Assembly: GCA_048882485.1 (NCBI GenBank)
Contig: JBHLRP010000009.1
Location: forward strand, 5,129-16,017
Direction: 5' to 3'
Source: Candidatus Thorarchaeota archaeon
Lineage (GTDB): Archaea > Asgardarchaeota > Thorarchaeia > Thorarchaeales > Thorarchaeaceae
DNA: 10,889 bases
The notes under the pieces are model-generated. The model saw only the letters and a program-made list of their open reading frames with translations. It did not search any database and was not told where the DNA came from. Position numbers and translations under genes: made by a program. Shown here piece by piece: positions 1-6,716 of the stretch. Position 1 is the stretch's first letter, and every line of letters begins with the position of its first letter.

Positions 1-2
1 GG

Positions 3-167
3 CTATTTGGATTCACCTTTGGGAAACTCATCACTGGAATTCGCGTAGTTAGTGAGCAAGGAACGAAGATAACAATGAAGCAATCTGCGAAGAGGAACCT
101 GTGCAGACTAATTGACGGAATTGCGGTTTACATTGTTGTAGTTGAATCTCTTGTAGTAGATGTATGA
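3..167 (+). CDS. RDD-family membrane protein, 3' part (5' end outside window; C-terminus apparently truncated)
   Basis: Not in the ORF track. Frame 3 is open from the window edge and reads LFGFTFGKLITGIRVVSEQGTKITMKQSAKRNLCRLIDGIAVYIVVVESLVVDV*. This matches the RDD core G-x-T-x-GK-x3-GIRVV...R-N-x2-R-x-ID. The usual terminal QRLGD-x2-A-x-T-x-V segment is missing. Confidence 0.75.
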   Translation, partial: LFGFTFGKLITGIRVVSEQGTKITMKQSAKRNLCRLIDGIAVYIVVVESLVVDV

Positions 168-341
168 GAACGCTGCAGATACAAATGGTGCAGCAGCAGC
201 ATGAACTATCAAGGCTGAATATAAGTCCAATGCACTCATGGAAATTCCCATCACTGCAAAACATACGAAGTATATAGCAACTGAATGTGCAACCAGGATC
301 AATGATTCTCTAAGGTCCATTTTCTTTCTCCTTTTTGTCAT
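108..341 (-). CDS. Small hydrophobic membrane protein of unknown function, probably C-terminally truncated (possible pseudogene)
   Basis: Two hydrophobic segments (LILVAHSVAIYFVCFAVMGISM; ALIVHAAAAPFVSAAFSYIYY). AGGAG lies upstream of ATG341, with an alternative start at ATG320. It resembles a family I recall as longer (H..GW.LC...MG...IHA..AP...YF..FNY then further TM helices); here it ends in a low-complexity Asn tail right after FNY. Confidence 0.6.
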   Translation of the reverse strand: MTKRRKKMDLRESLILVAHSVAIYFVCFAVMGISMSALDLYSALIVHAAAAPFVSAAFSYIYYKRFNYNNVNRNSVN

Positions 342-403
342 TACTCCTCTGGGGTAATGTCCTTAACATCTCAGGACCACCCATCCCGCACGCCCCAAAC
401 TCC

Positions 404-418
404 TATAACAGTGTTATA
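404..418. promoter_or_regulatory. Palindromic operator candidate TATAAC-agt-GTTATA
   Basis: Perfect 6-bp inverted repeat with 3-nt spacer in the intergenic region upstream of the 108..341 gene. Identical arms recur at 1387..1401. Confidence 0.55.
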
Positions 419-479
419 TTTCTGTCGGGCCCTCACGGTCCCATGCGATTCGTGCATTGAATTAAGTGGCTGTCATAAT

Positions 480-866
480 TTACTCCGGTAAGGATTGACA
501 CATATCACAATCATGTGGATTATCAGACTTGGCTTGATGTATTGTGGAAATGGTACCATCTTTTCTGAGGGACATGCATATAGAGCATATTGTTCCCACC
601 GCGTCTTTTTGCGAAACCGTGTCTGAAGTAATCTCATCGACAAGGGTTTCAATTGCAGCCTTTACATCCGGCAGAGAACTTAGAGCGTCTGTCAATTGGT
701 CTCCCCTCTTCTGGGATAGGTATTGGCTGATGGCTGGCTGTGTAGTGCCAAGCAACTCTGCAACTTTCGTCTGGGACATGGAGTGGTTCTCAACAAGCTC
801 TCTGGCTAGAAGAGAACGAATAGCAGGGAGTATCGCTGCAACAATGGTTTCACATGGGGGACGCAT
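480..866 (-). CDS. Archaeal XRE-like HTH transcriptional regulator (COG2522/ThiR-N-terminus-like) with Cys-rich C-terminus
   Basis: N-terminal MRPPCE...LPAIRSLLA..L signature and HTH SQTKVAELLGTTQPAISQYLSQKRG. C-terminal CSIC and CDMC pairs. AGGTTGGTG RBS-like sequence upstream. Confidence 0.85.
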   Translation of the reverse strand: MRPPCETIVAAILPAIRSLLARELVENHSMSQTKVAELLGTTQPAISQYLSQKRGDQLTDALSSLPDVKAAIETLVDEITSDTVSQKDAVGTICSICMSLRKDGTISTIHQAKSDNPHDCDMCQSLPE

Positions 867-906
867 TCAGACACCAACCTATGTGAAGTATAATCCCGTA
901 TATGCA

Positions 907-1063
907 TACCGATGAACCATAGGAAACGTCATCGCTAATTAAGGCAGCCTCCGGGATGCGGAAACAGGGGCGGTGGTCGCGACCAGATGGTGTAGGCTTG
1001 CGCAGCACTAAGGCAGGACCGTCCGCGTGAAATGAGGGATCTCTAAAAGCCATCGGTAGCGAT
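907..1063. ncRNA. Candidate structured RNA or cis-regulatory element (family unassigned)
   Basis: GC-rich intergenic block bounded by inverted repeats TACCGATG (907-914) / CATCGGTA (1051-1058). It has internal stems, including GGGCGGT 968-974 / ACCGTCC 1018-1024, and a 12-bp palindrome TGGTCGCGACCA at 974-985. No credible ORF. Confidence 0.35.
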
Positions 1064-1100
1064 CCACCATATTTATGCTCTCAACAATCTCAGAAATAGG

Positions 1101-1325
1101 TCATAATGCCACACAGGTATCAGCATGGATGAAGCCTGGCATTAGACGCACCCTGTCCATGAATCCTTTTAACTCGATGACTGATTCGAGTTCTGCGTAT
1201 GCAATTACATCATAAGCTCCTGCAACTCGATTTGCTCTTCTAACTCCCTTCATTCTGCTGATAGTTTTGTAGGCATTGCGCACTTCGTGCGCACGCAACT
1301 GCACCAGCACATTGAGTCTGAGCAC
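1101..1325 (-). CDS. Stand-alone Lrp/AsnC ligand-binding (RAM) domain protein
   Basis: 74 aa, GTG start with GGAGGT RBS. Pattern VLV...KGV..A..VAGAYDVIA..E...L..F...VR.MPG....T is typical of RAM domains. No HTH. Confidence 0.85.
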   Translation of the reverse strand: MLRLNVLVQLRAHEVRNAYKTISRMKGVRRANRVAGAYDVIAYAELESVIELKGFMDRVRLMPGFIHADTCVAL

Positions 1326-1386
1326 TCTATTTCTACCTCCACTTTGCGCTGAATAGCATTAACTCAGTTTGGTTTTCTCTTTTGTT

Positions 1387-1401
1387 TATAACGCCGTTAT
1401 A
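1387..1401. promoter_or_regulatory. Palindromic operator candidate TATAAC-gcc-GTTATA in divergent promoter region
   Basis: Second copy of the 404..418 palindrome, also followed by TT. It lies between the divergent Lrp-domain gene and the 1461 membrane gene and overlaps TTTATA/TTATAT TATA-like boxes. Confidence 0.55.
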
Positions 1402-1460
1402 TTCTTAAGTAGATTTGGTTCAACATAGTTATCTGATTCAAATTGGGGAGATGTTGAAGA

Positions 1461-1769
1461 ATGCAGGAGCAAATGCTTGCAGTGCCTCTTCCTATGCTTC
1501 TCGCGATAGGGTTTCTGATTGGTTTTGTGTTTCTGGGACTTGGCTACCGAGAAGGATCCGACATGACAAGGCGTTATCGTTTCATAGGCGTGGGGGCCAT
1601 CACCATAGGTATTATGATACCAGTGACTCCGATTTCCTGGTATGGATATTGGATAGTGACCACTGGCCTATTGTTGGGACTGATTGAAATTGCCATGATC
1701 TGCGTAACTTTGATTATTGGCATCCTTCTCATATACAAAGGTGTCAAAATCTATTCAGGAAATCAATAA
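1461..1769 (+). CDS. Hypothetical membrane protein (about 3 TM helices)
   Basis: 102 aa with three long hydrophobic stretches separated by short charged loops. GGGGAG/GGAG sequences lie near the start. Confidence 0.75.
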   Translation: MQEQMLAVPLPMLLAIGFLIGFVFLGLGYREGSDMTRRYRFIGVGAITIGIMIPVTPISWYGYWIVTTGLLLGLIEIAMICVTLIIGILLIYKGVKIYSGNQ

Positions 1770-1810
1770 ACGACTCCAACAGTCGCGCTTTGACTGCTAT
1801 AGTTGGTGTT

Positions 1811-2659
1811 TCATCTCGTATTCTCTTTTGAGTCCTCTAGCCCAATGATTTCGCTGATTTGACTGACAACGGCACCAAAGGCCTTAGCTGCTTTAGAGTC
1901 TGGATTCTCCTCAACAAATGGAGTTCCCTTATCAGATAGGGTGCTGATTCTCGGGTCCAATGGTAATGATCCTAAATGACGTATTCCAAAATCATCCGCA
2001 GCCTTTCCTGTCACTCCTTCTCCGAACAGTTTGTAGATTTCACCGCACTTCGGACAGACAAACTCACTCATGTTCTCTACTATCCCCAAGACAGGTACAC
2101 CCATTCTCTCCACAAGACGAATCGCTCGTCGTGCATCAAGCACAGCAACCTCCTGAGGTGTTGATACTATTATCACACCATCTATGTCGGGAATCGACTG
2201 AAGAATACTCAGTATCTCATCTCCCGTGCCAGGAGGAAGGTCCACAACCAAAACGTCCAGCTCTCCCCACATCACATCACTAAGGAACTGCCGAATAGCT
2301 TTTCCAACAAGCGGGCCTCTCCAAGCGATCGCGTCATCTGTCTGTCTGAGCAGAAAGCCCATGCTCATCACTTTGAGATTTAGCGGGCCCTGTATAGGTC
2401 GGATTCTTTCGTTTTCTACCTGCGGGTGGATTCCCTCGAGACCTAAAAGCTTCGGAACGTTTGGACCGTATATGTCAACATCAAGAATACCGGACTTCAG
2501 CCCTTGCTTGGCGAAAGACATTGCCAAATTTGTCGCCACTGTGGTCTTTCCTACACCGCCTTTGCCAGAGAGTACAACGATTTTGTGCTTCACATCTTTC
2601 ATGTTGCCTCTGACTTCAGGTGGTACCAAGTCTTTTGCATGAGCATCTGTATCGGCCAT
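1811..2659 (-). CDS. mrp: Mrp/NBP35 (ApbC) family Fe-S cluster carrier P-loop ATPase
   Basis: Deviant Walker A SGKGGVGKT, DVDIYGPN, WRGP, DLPPGTGD and ENMS..CPKC cluster-binding motif. GAGGT RBS upstream. Confidence 0.96.
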   Translation of the reverse strand: MADTDAHAKDLVPPEVRGNMKDVKHKIVVLSGKGGVGKTTVATNLAMSFAKQGLKSGILDVDIYGPNVPKLLGLEGIHPQVENERIRPIQGPLNLKVMSMGFLLRQTDDAIAWRGPLVGKAIRQFLSDVMWGELDVLVVDLPPGTGDEILSILQSIPDIDGVIIVSTPQEVAVLDARRAIRLVERMGVPVLGIVENMSEFVCPKCGEIYKLFGEGVTGKAADDFGIRHLGSLPLDPRISTLSDKGTPFVEENPDSKAAKAFGAVVSQISEIIGLEDSKENTR

Positions 2660-2803
2660 AAAATCAACCTCACGTCATTTTGCTATCTCTCAACATCTGA
2701 AGAATCAACAACTACATATAATTATGAATATTGATTCATTAAAAATGAACCGGTAAAGGAAAGGAAAACCGTAGACTCGAACTACAAATCGTGGCTTCTA
2801 CCC

Positions 2804-2843
2804 AAAAAGACAGATGCGGAGGCTAAATCAGAATTGCCTCCGC
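2804..2843 (-). terminator. Stem-loop plus T-tract downstream of TRASH-like gene
   Basis: Perfect 8-bp stem GCGGAGGC (2816-2823) / GCCTCCGC (2836-2843), followed on the minus strand by ATCTGTCTTTTT. Confidence 0.5.
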
Positions 2844-2869
2844 GCGGCGAATAGACGAAACTGAAAAGA

Positions 2870-3043
2870 CTAGAGCTTGGCTTCGAAAGCCTCCATGCAC
2901 TTCTCTGTGTCGAATTGGTAGGTTTTACCACCCGCCTCGAGCTGATAGTGTCCTCCAGGACGCATTTTACCGCCACACTCATCGCATGTGATGTCGAGCT
3001 TTCCACCAATCACACTCACAAATTTCTTGATTCTCTCAGCCAT
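2870..3043 (-). CDS. Small TRASH/YHS-like metal-binding protein
   Basis: Start placed at ATG3043, downstream of a GGAGTGA RBS. Motif CDECG...GGKTYQFDTEKCMEAF fits the TRASH/YHS pattern CxxCG...G..Y.F(C/D)xxxC..F. Confidence 0.75.
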   Translation of the reverse strand: MAERIKKFVSVIGGKLDITCDECGGKMRPGGHYQLEAGGKTYQFDTEKCMEAFEAKL

Positions 3044-3301
3044 TTGTATCACTCCATTCGATTAGGTGGTACAATAAGTCAGTACCACGAGGTAAATCGA
3101 ATATCAAGTATTGCTAGGATTTCTACATAAACCATTGGAGTGGTGGTTGAGTGAAGCTAAGTCGAGGGTCAGCTGCAGAATTACGTGCCTGAAGCTCTCA
3201 AGCGCGTCCAACAGAGAAGGTGGGAGTTAAAAACGCTCTCATACCCATCAAGGGAGTCATTAGGATAGAATCTATCTTTCATGGTGAAGGAAGGTGCCTA
3301 C

Positions 3302-3730
3302 ATGAAGCACGGGAAAAATGATAGGGCTGATGTATTAGCGATGATATTCCACAGCGCGGCATACGATAGAATAAGCTATGGTCTCATGCTAGCAAAAGCC
3401 GCATTGGCTTCTGGAATGGAAGTCATTACTCTCTTCACATTTGGAGCTCTGAAACGACTGGTTAAGGGAGTGATCGATGATATAGCACCAGAAACTAATG
3501 ACGACCTGAGAGATGATATTGAGATGGGACTTGAAGTAGGAATTTTGCTTCCCATCTCAGAGCAGATTCGTGAGGCAAAGCGTCTTGGACTTAAACTTCA
3601 TGTCTGCGTCACAACAATGACTCTCTTCAATCTGTCACAAGAAGAACTGATAGAAGAGGTTGATTCTATAGCTGGTCTAGGGATGTTTGTAGACATTGCA
3701 CGGGATGCCGCGATGAGCCTATACATATGA
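3302..3730 (+). CDS. DsrE/DsrF-family (DsrE_2-like) sulfur-relay/peroxiredoxin-like protein
   Basis: LA..ALASGMEV.TLFTFGAL and G.KLHVC.TTM.LF.L..EELIEEVD...G...F......SLYI, with the conserved Cys. The likely start is ATG3302 after AAGGTG; the ORF track starts at 3281. Confidence 0.88.
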   Translation: MKHGKNDRADVLAMIFHSAAYDRISYGLMLAKAALASGMEVITLFTFGALKRLVKGVIDDIAPETNDDLRDDIEMGLEVGILLPISEQIREAKRLGLKLHVCVTTMTLFNLSQEELIEEVDSIAGLGMFVDIARDAAMSLYI

Positions 3731-3745
3731 ATTGAAAGAATCATC

Positions 3746-6469
3746 CTAGCTAAAGGAGCTTTGTTGGAACGCAAAAGCAACAGCTTCCTCTAGTGTCATT
3801 TCACCACCTTTCTCATATTCCCGCTCCCACTCTTCTTCGCCTAGCTGGCTTCGCACTGGATTGATACGTGCTTCTAACTCCTTTGGATTGACTGGTACAA
3901 ACAATACACCGACTGGCTTCGCAGGTAGTCGTGCTGTTCCGAAAAGTCTAGCGGCCCGTTGCAGGTCGCCGCTTTCTTTGGCAACACGCGCTAATCCATC
4001 AAGACACATCAAAATACCGAGCCTGTTCCCCATCTCATTCCAAATGTATAGGCTCTTCTCAAAGGTCCTTTTCGCTCGCTCAATCTCTCCCTGTTGAAGA
4101 ATAACATTAGCATACTCAGTGAGGCCTCGAGCCATGGCCCACCTGTCACCCGAGTCATGAATCAGAGTGATACTCTCTTCGATGAATGACTTGGCTCTGT
4201 CAAGATTTCCATCAAGCATCGCAATCACACCCATATGATTCAGCGCCGCCCCCCATCCCCATATGTCATTTAGTCCTTTGAAGATCTCCAAGCTCTCATT
4301 GAATAATGACATTGCAGCGTTTTCATCACCAGAATGCACAAAAATAATGTCCCCCAGCCAGTTCAGAGCGAAGGCCTTTCCCCAGATATCTTCGACCTCT
4401 GTCATGAGCGACACAGCTTCCTTCGCGTAACTATGTGCTCTATCATAATCGCCTATATTCGCAAGACCACCAGCTAGGATGACTTGAGCATGGGCTTGAT
4501 GCCACTTCATATCATTTTCCTTGGATATCGATGCGCTCTTTTCTAGCAGGGAGTTTGAGGTTTCATAATCACCTTGTCCCCACGCAAGTCCTCCGGCAGT
4601 ATAGAGGACCTTCGCTCTTATTTCTGGTGCAACTCCGCTCCCCATTTTTTCGAGAAATATCGATGCCCATTTTCGTCCTTCCGTGATGTGACCTCGGAAG
4701 TGCCAAAACCAAGCCAGAGACCCAACAACTCTCATCGCTACAGATTGCTCTACAGATCCCTCAAGAGCCCTCTGAATTACAGCTCTGAAATTATCCAAGT
4801 CGCTAGCAAGAATTGAGAGCTTCATCTCTCGTTTTTGACTAGGAAGAATCAATTCTGCACCTTCGGCCAACCCTAGGAAGTAGTCTGCATGACGATGTTT
4901 TATCATGGATTCCTCGCCGCTCTCAGAGAGTCGCTCGCTGGCGAATTCACGTATTGTTTCAAGCATGTCGAAACGTGCTGCACCCTTTGCGTCTTCCCTA
5001 TAACGTACTAGATTCCTATCAACAAGTCTTTCAAGTGTTTCAAGCGTATCTTCTGCAATCTCTTCTTCTGAATTACAGACTGATTCTGCAGCATCGAGCG
5101 TCCAACCCCCAGTGAAAGCTGCCAATCTTCTGTAGAATTTGGCTTCATGTGATTCAAGCAGGTCATAGCTCCATTTGATAGTGTCCTGCATCGTCTTCTG
5201 TCTCAGAGGCAAATCTCGTGATAGACTCTTCAAAAGTGGGAGTTTTCTTTCTAGACGGTCCAACATTGCAACTGGCGAAAGAAGGCGTATACGAGCTGCA
5301 GCTAGCTCGATGGCCAACGGAAGGCCATCCAAGCGTCTGCATATCTCAGCGATACTCGATGCGTTTTCTCGTGTCAGTTCAAAGCTTGGCCTTACGGACT
5401 GCGCTCGTTCCATGAAGAGTGCAACTGCAGGATATTCCGTAATGCACTCAAATGGTTCATTGCAGTCAGGTTCAGGTACAGGAAGAGGCGGTACTGCAAG
5501 TTCCTTTTCACCCCGTAGATGGAGCGGCATCCTACTTGTGACAAGAACCTTGAGCATTGGACAGCTCTGAAGAAAGTCCGCGACCAAGGGAGCTGCGGAT
5601 ATTACCTGCTCAAAATTGTCCAGAACTAAGAGCATCTGCCTGTCCTTGAGGTTTAACTTGAGGATTTCTGCCATTGGTCTAGTTCCTGCATCCTTAAGTC
5701 CGAGTTCACTTGCGATTACATCATCAACCAGCTCAGGATCAGAAACCGCTGCAAGCTCAACAAAGCAAACACTATCGAAGGACTCCGCCAACATATTTGC
5801 CAATTCGATTGCGAGACGTGACTTGCCACTACCCCCGGGGCCTGTTAGTGTCACAAGACGTGCATCTCCCATGAGCAAGTCAAATGCCCTTGTTGCTTCG
5901 TGTGCTCTTCCTACTATTGGATTAGCTGGAATCGGCACGGGACATTTCACAATTCCAGCTACAGCCTTCTCCCTTTTCGCCTGGCTCATTGCAAACCGTT
6001 CAGAAAGGAGCACAGCAAGGTCTTCGGCTATGAGCGTTTCAAGCTGTTGAGGGGTTGAGAAACTTTTGTAGGACACTCCACCATAATCACGAATCTCGAG
6101 TAGCATCTCCTGCAGACGGGCATCTCGATTAGAAACGGGGCTCTTAACATAGATTAGCTTGGGTTTCTTTTCTGAAAGGTGGTATTCATCCTCTAAACCT
6201 GAAATTTCCTCTCCTGGAGCAATCCATCCATACCTCTCGCCATAGATACCTATGAAGATGTCACTTTGTTCAAGGTAGGCACGATAGAGGTCACGAGCAT
6301 CATGCGGCCGCGCTCCAAGCTCGAACATAACAGGTGCGAGATGCAGCTTGGCTATGGATTTTCGAGCGACCTCACGCTCCTTCAGCATCTCCTTTAGTGT
6401 CGAACTCACAAATACACGCAACTTTCTGTCTGGGGTCCGAATCACATTGTCTATTTCCGCTTGAGCCAT
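3746..6469 (-). CDS. DUF4062 - STAND NTPase (NB-ARC-like) - winged helix - TPR protein (NLR-like)
   Basis: N-terminal RVFVSST..E...ER....SDIFIGIYGERYG...SGLEDEY (DUF4062). Walker A GPGGSGKS, Walker B LLVLDNFE, VTSR sensor, GLPLA motif and RFDMLETIREFA. C-terminal helical TPR-like repeats (e.g. WGKAFALNWLG, WGWGAALNHMG). GGAGGT RBS. Confidence 0.92.
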   Translation of the reverse strand: MAQAEIDNVIRTPDRKLRVFVSSTLKEMLKEREVARKSIAKLHLAPVMFELGARPHDARDLYRAYLEQSDIFIGIYGERYGWIAPGEEISGLEDEYHLSEKKPKLIYVKSPVSNRDARLQEMLLEIRDYGGVSYKSFSTPQQLETLIAEDLAVLLSERFAMSQAKREKAVAGIVKCPVPIPANPIVGRAHEATRAFDLLMGDARLVTLTGPGGSGKSRLAIELANMLAESFDSVCFVELAAVSDPELVDDVIASELGLKDAGTRPMAEILKLNLKDRQMLLVLDNFEQVISAAPLVADFLQSCPMLKVLVTSRMPLHLRGEKELAVPPLPVPEPDCNEPFECITEYPAVALFMERAQSVRPSFELTRENASSIAEICRRLDGLPLAIELAAARIRLLSPVAMLDRLERKLPLLKSLSRDLPLRQKTMQDTIKWSYDLLESHEAKFYRRLAAFTGGWTLDAAESVCNSEEEIAEDTLETLERLVDRNLVRYREDAKGAARFDMLETIREFASERLSESGEESMIKHRHADYFLGLAEGAELILPSQKREMKLSILASDLDNFRAVIQRALEGSVEQSVAMRVVGSLAWFWHFRGHITEGRKWASIFLEKMGSGVAPEIRAKVLYTAGGLAWGQGDYETSNSLLEKSASISKENDMKWHQAHAQVILAGGLANIGDYDRAHSYAKEAVSLMTEVEDIWGKAFALNWLGDIIFVHSGDENAAMSLFNESLEIFKGLNDIWGWGAALNHMGVIAMLDGNLDRAKSFIEESITLIHDSGDRWAMARGLTEYANVILQQGEIERAKRTFEKSLYIWNEMGNRLGILMCLDGLARVAKESGDLQRAARLFGTARLPAKPVGVLFVPVNPKELEARINPVRSQLGEEEWEREYEKGGEMTLEEAVAFAFQQSSFS

Positions 6470-6486
6470 TGGAACCTCCCCGGACT

Positions 6487-6507
6487 ATTAACTATTGTTA
6501 AAATACT
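6487..6507. promoter_or_regulatory. Palindromic element TTAAC-N4-GTTAA, copy 1
   Basis: ATTAACTATTGTTAAAATACT, 18 nt upstream of the STAND start. 19/21 identical to 8085..8105. Confidence 0.5.
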
Positions 6508-6716
6508 TTGATATAAACCTGCTGTTTATTGATATGTCTAGTTTTTCAGCTTGAAATGCAAATTCCACAGGGTGTATCGTCGCATCTCTCATGCCAAGGC
6601 CTGACTGAAGAACACCTAGTTTCAGGAGTGGAACGAGGCAGCATGAGGCCTCTCGTTAAATTGACTGTGAATCTGATAAGGTAGTCACTTTCCAAAACGA
6701 AAATGCTCGTCCATAG

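Noticed and set aside
544-915. Plus-strand 123-aa ORF and other overlapping ORFs (49..264, 1415..1687, 1960..2734 set, 2782..3009, 2915..3130, 3598..3780, 3861..6050 set, 7702..8151, 9150..9335, 9699..10086)
   Set aside because: Antisense or alternate-frame shadows of well-supported genes, with Ser/Arg-rich composition and no recognisable motifs.
944-971. GCCTCCGGGATGCGGAAACAGGGG loosely resembles the 3' end of the Moco riboswitch or group II intron domain V
   Set aside because: The remaining required helices are not evident, and there is no downstream gene on the + strand.
850-1053. 67-aa minus ORF across the GC-rich intergenic element
   Set aside because: No RBS or motif, and Pro/Arg-rich as expected from GC-rich non-coding DNA. 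It cannot be fully excluded as a leader ORF.
1384-1392. GTT-N3-AAC SurR-like site (and a near match at about 6510-6526)
   Set aside because: The motif is short and expected by chance. SurR is characterised in Thermococcales, and the longer TATAAC-N3-GTTATA palindrome explains the site better.
1776-1806. Small hairpin CAGTC/GACTG between convergent genes
   Set aside because: Only a 5-bp stem without a T-tract; too weak to call a terminator.
3151-3321. Possible selenoprotein via read-through of TGA at 3190-3192 (MKLSRGSAAELRA-U-SSQ...)
   Set aside because: The context does not match a known Sec/Cys redox motif, and no convincing SECIS was found nearby.
6530-6716. Short ORFs (under 50 aa) on both strands and an imperfect hairpin around 6632-6657
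   Set aside because: No RBS, motif or strong structure to support a call.
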